Positions 46,128-53,478 of a stretch of DNA of 60,964 nucleotides are shown here, in pieces. The position numbers were made by a program, and so were the translations under genes. The stretch spans positions 3,451 to 64,414 of the forward strand of contig CAZUAS010000002.1 in the NCBI GenBank assembly GCA_964618515.1, given 5' to 3'. The notes below the pieces were generated by a model that was not told where the DNA came from, searched no databases, and saw nothing but the letters and a program-made list of their open reading frames with translations. The stretch's first letter is position 1, and every line of letters starts with the position of its first letter. Origin of the DNA: an uncultured Ignavibacteriales bacterium (GTDB lineage: Bacteria > Zixibacteria > MSB-5A5 > GN15 > FEB-12).

Positions 46128-46563
46128 AATAATTTCAACAACGTACCGATCAGGTGGTCACGTCATCGATGGTGCAGGTCAGAACACCGGTCTGGTCAAT
46201 GGTCCAGGTATCGACCGTAGCATCATCGTCAAGGTTGGCTGTCGCCGTAGCGGTGAAGGTGTTGGCGGCCGCCACGATAGCATAGGTGTACATGGCGCTG
46301 GTCATGACTTCGACACCGATTTGCGGGAAAGTACCGCCGGCTCCGGCAGCGATGGAGACACCACCGTCACCATAAGTACCGTTGGCCTGACGATAGGTCC
46401 GCTGCATGGTATATATCTGCTTCAAAAGCTGTTTGCATTCGGACTGCTTGGACTTGGTCGTGGCCTGCATGAAACGCGGAATAGCCAGAGCGGCCAGAAT
46501 ACCGATGATTACGACCACAATCATCAACTCGATAAGGGTGAAACCCTTCTGGCGATTGTGAAA
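46097..46563. repeat. 467-bp perfect direct repeat, copy B
   Basis: See copy A. Confidence 0.9.
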
Positions 46564-46575
46564 TATGTTAAACAT
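46150..46575 (-). CDS. pilA: Type IV major pilin, copy 2 (identical to copy 1 from residue 5 onward)
   Basis: 141 aa. Leader MFNIFHNRQKG|FTLIEL.... Differs from copy 1 at residues 3-4 only. Confidence 0.9.
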   Translation of the reverse strand: MFNIFHNRQKGFTLIELMIVVVIIGILAALAIPRFMQATTKSKQSECKQLLKQIYTMQRTYRQANGTYGDGGVSIAAGAGGTFPQIGVEVMTSAMYTYAIVAAANTFTATATANLDDDATVDTWTIDQTGVLTCTIDDVTT

Positions 46576-46638
46576 AAATCCTCCTTAAGTTAATTCATAT
46601 AAGGGTTATTTTAGAAATTCGCCACGGCTGACTATATT

Positions 46639-46652
46639 GCAAAGGACATGCC
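46639..46652 (-). promoter_or_regulatory. Sigma-54 -24/-12 promoter of pilin copy 2
   Basis: Minus strand reads GGCATG-TCCTT-TGCAAT, 64 nt upstream of the ATG. Confidence 0.65.
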
Positions 46653-46785
46653 CCGCCCCTGTATTAAATCAATACCGCTTTTTAAACAGGGTGAAGTATA
46701 TGACATCTATCGCATTATCTATTCCGTTCAAATCAGCGGCTTTCACACGCACAGTTTTATATCGTTTTTTTCTTATAAGGAAACC

Positions 46786-46818
46786 GGGCAATTTGCATTA
46801 ACAACCGCAAATTGCAAT
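46786..46818. promoter_or_regulatory. Candidate enhancer (UAS) for the pilin copy 2 promoter
   Basis: GGGCAATTTGCATTAACAACCGCAAATTGCAAT. Perfect 9-bp inverted repeat GCAATTTGC-N10-GCAAATTGC centred ~161 bp upstream of the -12 element. Confidence 0.5.
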
Positions 46819-46841
46819 AAAAAAGGCGCCCGCAGGCGCCC
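46819..46841 (-). terminator. Intrinsic terminator of the third pilin gene
   Basis: GGCGCC-CGCA-GGCGCC hairpin. On the minus strand it is followed by T6. Confidence 0.75.
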
Positions 46842-46867
46842 TGTAAATTAAACGGTTTTTTTATCCG

Positions 46868-47296
46868 TCAATTAAGCACGTCATCAATGGTGTTAGTAAG
46901 AATACCCAGGTCATTTATTGTCCAGGTATCGATAGTAGCGTCATCGTCGATATTAGCGGCTGCCGTTGCCACGAAGTTGTTGGCACCTCCGATTACCGTA
47001 TAGGTATATTTGGCATCCGCCATTATCTCTATCCAGATCGAGCTTAAGGCATTCGGGCTGGCCGCCGAGGCCGGTCCGGCCGGAATGTAATAACTGTTAA
47101 CACTCGACTGCTGACGATAAGCATGCTCATTAACATAAATTTGCTTTAAGATCAGCTTGGCCTCGGACTGTTTGGTTTTCGTGGTTGAACGCATAAAACG
47201 GGGAATAGCCAGTGCCGCCAGAATGCCAATGATGACAACCACTATCATAAGTTCTATCAGGGTAAAACCGCCATTTCTTGATTTTTTCATAAACAT
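46868..47296 (-). CDS. Type IV pilin, divergent third paralog
   Basis: The ORF track gives 46868-47329. I prefer the start at Met12 (47296), with GAGGA 6 nt upstream, giving leader MFMKKSRNGG|FTLIELMIVVVIIGILAALAIPRF. Met14 (47290) is also possible. The C-terminus ...DDDATIDTWTINDLG resembles copies 1/2. Confidence 0.85.
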   Translation of the reverse strand: MFMKKSRNGGFTLIELMIVVVIIGILAALAIPRFMRSTTKTKQSEAKLILKQIYVNEHAYRQQSSVNSYYIPAGPASAASPNALSSIWIEIMADAKYTYTVIGGANNFVATAAANIDDDATIDTWTINDLGILTNTIDDVLN

Positions 47297-47344
47297 AATT
47301 TTCCTCGTTATTTGAGTCTGATATTTCAATCACCAGAATTAAGT

Positions 47345-47359
47345 GGCAATTTACATTCC
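47345..47359 (-). promoter_or_regulatory. Weaker sigma-54-like promoter upstream of the third pilin
   Basis: Minus strand reads GGAATG-TAAAT-TGCC with correct GG-N10-GC spacing. Matches the pilin 1/2 core at 10/14 positions. Lies ~50 nt upstream of the start. Confidence 0.35.
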
Positions 47360-47388
47360 CGTTGCCTGTTCAAAATACCACCAACTTT

Positions 47389-48783
47389 TCATTTTTTTTC
47401 GTTTTTACTTCCCGACCTGTTTTGGGGCAGGTTTTTCAATTTATATTTTTCTATCTTCCGATAAAGAGTGGAACTGTCAATACCGAGAATTTTCGCCGCC
47501 TCGGATTTTTTCCCCTCGGTCTCGACCATGATATACTGAATATAAGCTTTCTCGATTGATTCCAGCGTCGGCGTGACCGGGTCGCTGTCCTTGACCACCG
47601 TTATTCGTTCCTTCTGCAACAGCTTTTCAGGGAAATCGCTTATATCCAGTTTATCGGTCCGGTTCAGGAGAATAGCACGCTCAATAGTATTTTCCAGCTC
47701 CCGGACATTACCCGGCCAGTGATACTCGGTCAGGTACTGCATGGCTTCTTCGGAAATACTCTTAAGAGGTACTTTCACCTTATCACAATAGCGGGCGATA
47801 AAATAATCCACCAAAAGGGCAATATCCTCTTTTCTTTCCCGAAGCGGCGGTATATAAAGGGGAATTACATTTAACCGGTAAAACAAATCCGCCCGGAAAC
47901 GGTCATTTCTTACTTCTTCTTCAAGGTCGGCATTGGTGGCGGCAATCAGACGAACATCGACATTGATAGGCTGGGTATCGCCGACCGGGATAATCTTTTT
48001 ATCTTCCAGCACCCGCAGTAATTTCACCTGAATGGCCAGCGAAGTATTGCCGACCTCGTCGAGGAAAAACGTCCCCCCGCTGGCAACCTTGAACAGGCCA
48101 TCCTTATCCTTGATGGCACCAGTAAAAGCGCCTTTTTTGTATCCGAACAATTCCGATTCCAGAAGCGTTTCCGGAAGAGCGGCACAGTTGATGGTGACGA
48201 AAGGCCCGCTGCAACGCGGTGAATGATGGTGAATCGCCCGGGCTATCAGGTCCTTGCCCGTCCCGGATTCCCCGCGTATCATAACGGTGGAATCGGACGA
48301 AGCCACCCGCTGAGCCAGCTTTTTCAACCGCACTACCACCTCCGACTTGCCGATAAATTTGTCAAAAGAATTATCCCCCTGGAGCTGACGCTTGAGGGTC
48401 GTGTTTTCTTCGAGAAGTTTCTTGCGGTTGATGGATTTCTCGATGGCCAGTTTGATTTCATCGATTTTAAACGGCTTGGTGATATAGTCGGCCGCCCCCA
48501 GTTTCATGGCTTCGATCGCCGTATCCACCGAGGCGAATGCCGTCATCATAATTATCTCCTGCTCCTTCTTGAATGACTTTATCCCCTTGAGTACCTCAAT
48601 CCCGGACATCTCCGGCATATTCAGGTCGGCAATCACCAGGTCGAAATTTCCATCTTTCAAGAGATTTATGGCTTCCCCCCCCGACGTGGTCGTCTCGACC
48701 TTGTAGCCGTCTTTGGTAAGCATTATTTCCATGAAATTGCACATGGAATCTTCGTCATCTACAACCAGTATTTTGGCCGACAT
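47389..48783 (-). CDS. Sigma-54-dependent response regulator (NtrC/PilR-type bEBP)
   Basis: 464 aa. Receiver domain (ILVVDDE ... LVIADLNMPEMSG). AAA+ domain with GESGTGKD, GAFTGA and ESELFGY. Fis-type HTH AAKILGIDSSTLYRKIEKY. Confidence 0.93.
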   Translation of the reverse strand: MSAKILVVDDEDSMCNFMEIMLTKDGYKVETTTSGGEAINLLKDGNFDLVIADLNMPEMSGIEVLKGIKSFKKEQEIIMMTAFASVDTAIEAMKLGAADYITKPFKIDEIKLAIEKSINRKKLLEENTTLKRQLQGDNSFDKFIGKSEVVVRLKKLAQRVASSDSTVMIRGESGTGKDLIARAIHHHSPRCSGPFVTINCAALPETLLESELFGYKKGAFTGAIKDKDGLFKVASGGTFFLDEVGNTSLAIQVKLLRVLEDKKIIPVGDTQPINVDVRLIAATNADLEEEVRNDRFRADLFYRLNVIPLYIPPLRERKEDIALLVDYFIARYCDKVKVPLKSISEEAMQYLTEYHWPGNVRELENTIERAILLNRTDKLDISDFPEKLLQKERITVVKDSDPVTPTLESIEKAYIQYIMVETEGKKSEAAKILGIDSSTLYRKIEKYKLKNLPQNRSGSKNEKK

Positions 48784-49139
48784 AAAATCTCCGAAAAACT
48801 CCGATAAATACTCTTATTCATATTGATATTCGGCAATCTTCAAACCGTCTGAATACGAACAAAAGATATTGCTCATTCTTTTAACAGGACATGAAAAAGC
48901 CGGTTTTAAATAATAGGGAGACGACCATAAAAATTTCTTCAGGCTGTTACTTTTGAAACACCGAAAACGGATAACTTCCATTAGAAAGCAATCAGCCGGA
49001 CTGGGAAATCTGATGGCTGATAAAAGACCGCCATTAAAACACCGACCGACCGGTTAAACCCGTCTCGAATCCCCAAATAAAAAACTCTTTCCCAAACGTA
49101 TAATATTATTAACTTTCAGGTAAGAAACAGAGGCAAAAT

Positions 49140-50141
49140 TTGGCTAAATATTCTCATCGTGAACGGTTGCAGATGATTCTGGCCGGGGAAAAGCCCGACC
49201 GCTTCGCCGCCTCTTTCTGGCGGCACTTTTTCCATAAGGAACACGATGTCCATAGTACCGCCGAAATAATGCTGGCTTTTCAGAAGGAATTCGACTGGGA
49301 TTTCATGAAAATAAATCCCCGTGCCGACTACCATACCCAGGACTGGGGCGTTAAACTGGAATATTCCCGAAACGAATACCGGAAACATAACAAGAGCAAT
49401 TTCCCGGTCAAAGACCCGGAGGACTGGCTTAAAATAAATGCCCATGACCCGACTTCCCCCGTCCTGGCGGAACATCTGAAAATGGTTGCCTTTATTAGAA
49501 AAAATGCCGAACGCGAATTGCCCCTGTTGATGACGGTTTTTACGCCTCTGGCGATCGCCGGACGACTGGTTGAAGATCCCCGGGTACTGGTCGAGCACAT
49601 CCATACCGCCCCGGAAATGGTCGAAAAAGCCCTGGGTGCCATAACCGATACCTTCAAACCTTTCGTAGCGGAACTTCGTAACGCCGGTGCCGACGGTATT
49701 TTCTACGCTACCCTGCAATGGGCTTCTGCGGAGATGCTCACCTGGAAGGAATATGAACGTTTCGGACTGCCCTATGACCTCGAAGTAATCAGGGCCTCAG
49801 AAAACGACGCCCTCAATTTACTTCATGTCTGCCATACCCGCAACTATCTGGAGCACCTGCACCAGCATCATTACCCCTGCCTGATGTATAACTGGGACAG
49901 CAACCATGAAACCAACCTTTCACTGGAAACCGCCTATGATCACATCAAGGGAAAAGTATTTGTCGGTGGCGTCGAGGAAAACGGCTGGCTCCAGCTGAGC
50001 CGGGACACTGTCCGCGACAAGATCAGCCGCCTTTTAAAATTGCACGACCCGCATCGCCTGATTATCGGGCCGGGATGCTGCATCCCTCCGGAAACACCTT
50101 TTGAAAACCTGAAAATAATTAGAGAGAAAATAAATGGATAA
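49140..50141 (+). CDS. Uroporphyrinogen decarboxylase (URO-D)-family protein
   Basis: 333 aa. TTG start with AGAGG SD. The N-terminus SHRERLQMILAGEKPDRF resembles URO-D/MtaA-like family starts. Substrate unknown. Confidence 0.6.
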   Translation: MAKYSHRERLQMILAGEKPDRFAASFWRHFFHKEHDVHSTAEIMLAFQKEFDWDFMKINPRADYHTQDWGVKLEYSRNEYRKHNKSNFPVKDPEDWLKINAHDPTSPVLAEHLKMVAFIRKNAERELPLLMTVFTPLAIAGRLVEDPRVLVEHIHTAPEMVEKALGAITDTFKPFVAELRNAGADGIFYATLQWASAEMLTWKEYERFGLPYDLEVIRASENDALNLLHVCHTRNYLEHLHQHHYPCLMYNWDSNHETNLSLETAYDHIKGKVFVGGVEENGWLQLSRDTVRDKISRLLKLHDPHRLIIGPGCCIPPETPFENLKIIREKING

Positions 50142-50598
50142 GAAACGGCAACAACTGATTAACCGCGTAAAAGAGGCTATTGCCCATAAAAAAACAGAGC
50201 AAGATATTCTTCGAACCGCGGTGGAAATAATTGACAGTTATTCCGAAGACTTCAACTGGACGGGTTTTTACATGATGAAAGGAAATAGGCTCGAAGTCGG
50301 CCCCTATATCGGACCGGTCACCGAGCACGTCAAAATCCCTTTGAACTCCGGGATTTGCGGCGCCGCCGCCACTCGGAAAAAAACTATAATCGTGGATGAT
50401 GTCAACGCCGACCCCCGTTTTCTGGCCTGTTCCCTGACCACCCGCTCGGAAATCGTCGTTCCCCTGATGGACGGCGATACCTGTTTGGGTGAAATTGATA
50501 TTGACTCCGACAAACCTTCCAATTTTACTAAGGAAGACAAACAGATGCTTGAGGCGATAGCCGCCCTGGTAGTTGAAAGGCTGAAAAATATTAGATAA
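50134..50598 (+). CDS. GAF-domain protein, free methionine-(R)-sulfoxide reductase-like
   Basis: 154 aa. WTGFYMM...GPYIG, SGICGAAA, FLACSLTTRSEIVVPL and CLGEIDIDS. Three Cys sit at fRMsr-like positions. Overlaps the upstream gene by 8 nt. Confidence 0.75.
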   Translation: MDKKRQQLINRVKEAIAHKKTEQDILRTAVEIIDSYSEDFNWTGFYMMKGNRLEVGPYIGPVTEHVKIPLNSGICGAAATRKKTIIVDDVNADPRFLACSLTTRSEIVVPLMDGDTCLGEIDIDSDKPSNFTKEDKQMLEAIAALVVERLKNIR

Positions 50599-50610
50599 AC
50601 CGAGGTTAAT

Positions 50611-50769
50611 ATGTTCTTTGGGTTCCTTTTAATTCTCATCGGGATTCTTCTTATGCTTAACAAGCTAGGGATAATAAACGGCGATTTCTGGGATTATTTC
50701 TGGCCGGCAATCCTGGTGGCGCTGGGTCTATCAATGATTTTCAAGGACCGTAAAAAAACTGACCGATGA
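50611..50769 (+). CDS. Unlisted 52-aa two-TM membrane protein (DUF5668/LiaF-N-like)
   Basis: Absent from the ORF track because it is under 60 aa. Sequence ATG 50611 ... TGA 50767-50769: MFFGFLLILIGILLMLNKLGIINGDFWDYFWPAILVALGLSMIFKDRKKTDR. GAGG SD lies 5 nt upstream. ATGA overlap with the BlaI-like gene. Alignable to ORF 33003-33218. Confidence 0.55.
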   Translation: MFFGFLLILIGILLMLNKLGIINGDFWDYFWPAILVALGLSMIFKDRKKTDR

Positions 50770-51092
50770 TATCAAGGAAATTCTATTTCGACCCGGCCGC
50801 CGAGGGCCTGGCCGTTTTCATGGGGCAAACCGAAGCCGCCCTCATGGAACTGGCCTGGCGATATGAAAAATTAACCGTTAAAAAAGCTCTCTTTCATCTT
50901 GATAAACAACGTCTTGCCTATACCACCGTCATGACGGTTTTAAGCCGTCTGGCTGATAAGGGTCTGCTGGTTAAGGAAAAGGAAGGTCGCAATTATATTT
51001 ACCGACCCGCTCTTGACCGGGAACGTTTTATCAAAGAAAAATCAAAGGTAGTTGCCGACTGCCTGAAAAAAAATTTTAAAGCCGCTATATAA
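50766..51092 (+). CDS. BlaI/MecI/CopY-family winged-helix repressor
   Basis: 108 aa. TEAALMELAW...TVKKAL......YTTVMTVLSRLADKGLLVKEKEGRNYIYRP is typical of the Penicillinase_R family. Confidence 0.8.
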   Translation: MISRKFYFDPAAEGLAVFMGQTEAALMELAWRYEKLTVKKALFHLDKQRLAYTTVMTVLSRLADKGLLVKEKEGRNYIYRPALDRERFIKEKSKVVADCLKKNFKAAI

Positions 51093-51096
51093 ATTA

Positions 51097-51113
51097 ACCG
51101 TAAATTCTTTACG
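51097..51113 (+). terminator. Hairpin after the BlaI-like gene (weak terminator or attenuator)
   Basis: CCGTAAA-TTC-TTTACGG perfect 7-bp stem followed by T-rich AATCTTTATTATTTTT. Confidence 0.4.
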
Positions 51114-51154
51114 GAATCTTTATTATTTTTCATTTTTTCGTCGATAAATAATAT

Positions 51155-51922
51155 ATGCCATTACGCTCCCTGTTTTTATTATGCCTGATATTGTCGGGAA
51201 CAGCGACGTCGGCCGGTATCAACGTCGAACTGGGACAGGAAATTAAAATCCCCCTGCCGAACGACTGGATTGTGGCCACCGACGGTTCGGAGTACCCGTT
51301 TCAACTGGTTGACACCACCCTAAGTTCGGATATCATGATTTTTAAATCGGATATTCCCCGTGATGATATGATAAGCAACGATACTGCCTTAAAAAAATCG
51401 GTACAGGGTGTTATCGACGAAGTCATCATGAGCCTGCCCGACGCGCGGATTTTGTCCAACACCGGTTATTTTGAAAAATACCGGGCTGGTTTCATTCTGG
51501 AATTCCTGTCTTTCGATACGGTCAATCTGATTACCCTGCAGCACCGTCTCCAGGGAATCATTTACAGGCATCCCGACGGTTATCAGCTTCTCTTCATCAT
51601 CTGGGCTAAATCGGGACAGGCAACCTACCCGGCAGTCGAAAACAGCATCAAACTTATTCAGAGCGGCTTTGACTATCTGGGGCCCAAGCTGAGTGATGTA
51701 TTCGGTGCCCGGCATAAAATACCGACTTTTCTTTATGTTTTTCTTTTTTTGCTACTGGGGATATTTTTCTTCATGAGAGCGAGGCAACTACAAAAAGCGC
51801 GGATAAAATTCAGCGATGACGAAGTATTCTGGCGCTGTGAATGCGGTCGGCTCAATCCTTTAAATCAAATGACCTGTCGCCGTTGCGGCCGTACCAAAAT
51901 TCCCGGTCCGGTCGTTAACTGA
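51155..51922 (+). CDS. Single-pass membrane protein with extracytoplasmic domain and cytoplasmic RanBP2-like zinc ribbon
   Basis: 255 aa. Signal peptide ...GTATSAG, TM helix IPTFLYVFLFLLLGIFFFM, and C-terminal WRCECGRLNPLNQMTCRRCG. Confidence 0.55.
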   Translation: MPLRSLFLLCLILSGTATSAGINVELGQEIKIPLPNDWIVATDGSEYPFQLVDTTLSSDIMIFKSDIPRDDMISNDTALKKSVQGVIDEVIMSLPDARILSNTGYFEKYRAGFILEFLSFDTVNLITLQHRLQGIIYRHPDGYQLLFIIWAKSGQATYPAVENSIKLIQSGFDYLGPKLSDVFGARHKIPTFLYVFLFLLLGIFFFMRARQLQKARIKFSDDEVFWRCECGRLNPLNQMTCRRCGRTKIPGPVVN

Positions 51923-51958
51923 CACCCCCCGATAAATACCAACTTAAAAGTCACTTTA

Positions 51959-52387
51959 TTATTTTGTCTTTTCCTCCAGCTCTATTAAAACGCCGTTCGT
52001 CCCGGCGGGATGCACGAAAGCGATCCGGTGTCCCTCGGCACCGAGGCGCGGGTTTTCATCGATAAGACGAACCCCTGCAGCTTTTAAAAGCGCCAGTTGT
52101 TTTTCGATATCGTCCACATAAATACACAGGTGATGTAAACCCTCGCCTCTTTTGGCGATAAATTTCGATATCGGACTGTCTTCCGAGGTCCCGCTGAGCA
52201 GTTCAATATTTCCCCCGGTAAAACCGACCTTTTCACCCCCGGTCGAGAAGATGCCCACCCGCACCTTCTGCGAGGCAACTTCCTCTATTTCCTTCACCTT
52301 CGTTCCCGTCAGCTTTTCATACAGGGGAATACTCTTTTCCAGGTCTTTAACGGCTATTCCCACATGAGATATTACGGCATTTTTCAT
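51959..52387 (-). CDS. mce: Methylmalonyl-CoA epimerase (VOC family)
   Basis: 142 aa. ISHVGIAVKDLEKSIPLY ... GEGLHHLCIYVDDIE ... IAFVHP..TNGVLIELEE. Confidence 0.85.
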   Translation of the reverse strand: MKNAVISHVGIAVKDLEKSIPLYEKLTGTKVKEIEEVASQKVRVGIFSTGGEKVGFTGGNIELLSGTSEDSPISKFIAKRGEGLHHLCIYVDDIEKQLALLKAAGVRLIDENPRLGAEGHRIAFVHPAGTNGVLIELEEKTK

Positions 52388-52415
52388 TTTTCATTGTTCC
52401 TCTGGTTTGATACTG

Positions 52416-52934
52416 TCAGCGGTCACCGGACTTTTTCTTTTTTTCTTCGAAATCTTTTTGTTTGTATATTGAGCTGATAGTCGGTTTAATCCAGCGGCCC
52501 TGATGATAATATACGATATACTCGTTGTGAATAACAAAGGTATCGCCCTTCAAACCGACGAAGACCACCCTGTCTCTGACCCTGGCGGAGTCCCGGTCAT
52601 ACAGGTTTATATCAAGCACCGTAAACGATTCCACCGTATCTGCGGTAGCCGCCCTTATATACTGATGCTTGAGGTATTCGTCAAAAGTATAGAGTTCTTT
52701 AAGATACTCGAACTCGTTATCGTACAGACCGCCCTTGTCATCATAGTGAAGGCGTTCGATGGCATCATAAAGCATGGCTTTTATCTGTTCTTTGTCGGGG
52801 TCGCCTGCCGTGTTGACTTCCGCAACCGAATCGGATTTTCCAGATTGGTTATCCCCGGAGCAACCCAACATTAAAAACAACCCCGAAAAAATAAAAAGTA
52901 CCGTAAATCCGTAAAAAGAATTCATTCTGATCAT
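52416..52934 (-). CDS. Lipoprotein, function unknown
   Basis: The ORF track extends to 53021 and would overlap the BCCP gene. I prefer the Met at 52934, with GGAGA SD 5 nt upstream. That gives MIRMNSFYGFTVLFIFSGLFLMLGC|SGD (lipobox). Confidence 0.6.
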   Translation of the reverse strand: MIRMNSFYGFTVLFIFSGLFLMLGCSGDNQSGKSDSVAEVNTAGDPDKEQIKAMLYDAIERLHYDDKGGLYDNEFEYLKELYTFDEYLKHQYIRAATADTVESFTVLDINLYDRDSARVRDRVVFVGLKGDTFVIHNEYIVYYHQGRWIKPTISSIYKQKDFEEKKKKSGDR

Positions 52935-52965
52935 GACTGTCTCCTGTCCGTTACGTGTTACCAGG

Positions 52966-53478
52966 TTATTCAAATTCCATAATTTTATCGCCTCTTTCGA
53001 CCGACATCCCTTTTTTGACAAACACCTCTTTTACTCGGGCCGGCGCTTTGGCTTTGATGATATTTTCCATTTTCATGGCCTCGATAACGAAAAGCGGCTG
53101 ACCTTTTTCTACTTTTTCCCCCGGAGCCACCTTGACCTCGAGAACCATACCCGGCATCGGCGCTTTGAAAAGCGTCTCCATCGCCGACACCACCGACAAC
53201 CCCGCGGTTCGGCGCATCTGTGCCAGGTGATAATTTTCCACCGTGGCCATGATATCCAGCCCCATCATGAAAACCTTCCGCCCGCCGTTTTCTCCCTCCA
53301 GCCGAATATCGACTTCATAGGACTTGTTATCAACAAACATCAGCGACCGCGTCTCGCTCAGCTTGCGGCTGACCACCTCAACCTTGCGGCCGTTCACCGT
53401 GACGAAATATTTCTCCGAATGATACTCCAGTTCGATATCGAACTCTTTACCGCCGGTATTTACATGATACCTGGGCAT
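52966..53478 (-). CDS. Biotin carboxyl carrier (biotinyl-domain) protein
   Basis: 170 aa. Biotinylation motif VIEAMKMEN in the C-terminal lipoyl-like domain. Confidence 0.85.
   Translation of the reverse strand: MPRYHVNTGGKEFDIELEYHSEKYFVTVNGRKVEVVSRKLSETRSLMFVDNKSYEVDIRLEGENGGRKVFMMGLDIMATVENYHLAQMRRTAGLSVVSAMETLFKAPMPGMVLEVKVAPGEKVEKGQPLFVIEAMKMENIIKAKAPARVKEVFVKKGMSVERGDKIMEFE

Noticed and set aside
45379-46563. Regularly spaced identical repeats considered as a CRISPR-like or mobile-element signature
   Set aside because: The repeats are 467 bp long, occur only twice, and consist of a pilin CDS plus its terminator. No cas or transposase genes are present. This is a gene duplication, not an array or IS element.
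49063-49074. tRNA T-arm-like string TCTCGAATCCCC in the 356-bp intergenic region
   Set aside because: The flanking bases cannot form a T-stem or an acceptor stem, and no D-arm or anticodon arm could be built. No tRNA is present.
48784-49139. Possible cobalamin or other riboswitch upstream of the URO-D-family gene
   Set aside because: I found no B12-box (GCCACTG-like) or other recognisable riboswitch core by eye, only a short hairpin (CAGCC...GGCTG). A covariance-model scan (Rfam/Infernal) would be needed, so this is not reported.
52935-53021. N-terminal 29-aa extension of the lipoprotein ORF, which overlaps the BCCP gene
   Set aside because: The internal Met at 52934 has a GGAGA SD and yields a proper lipoprotein signal peptide. 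The extension would overlap the upstream CDS by 56 nt and precede the signal sequence.
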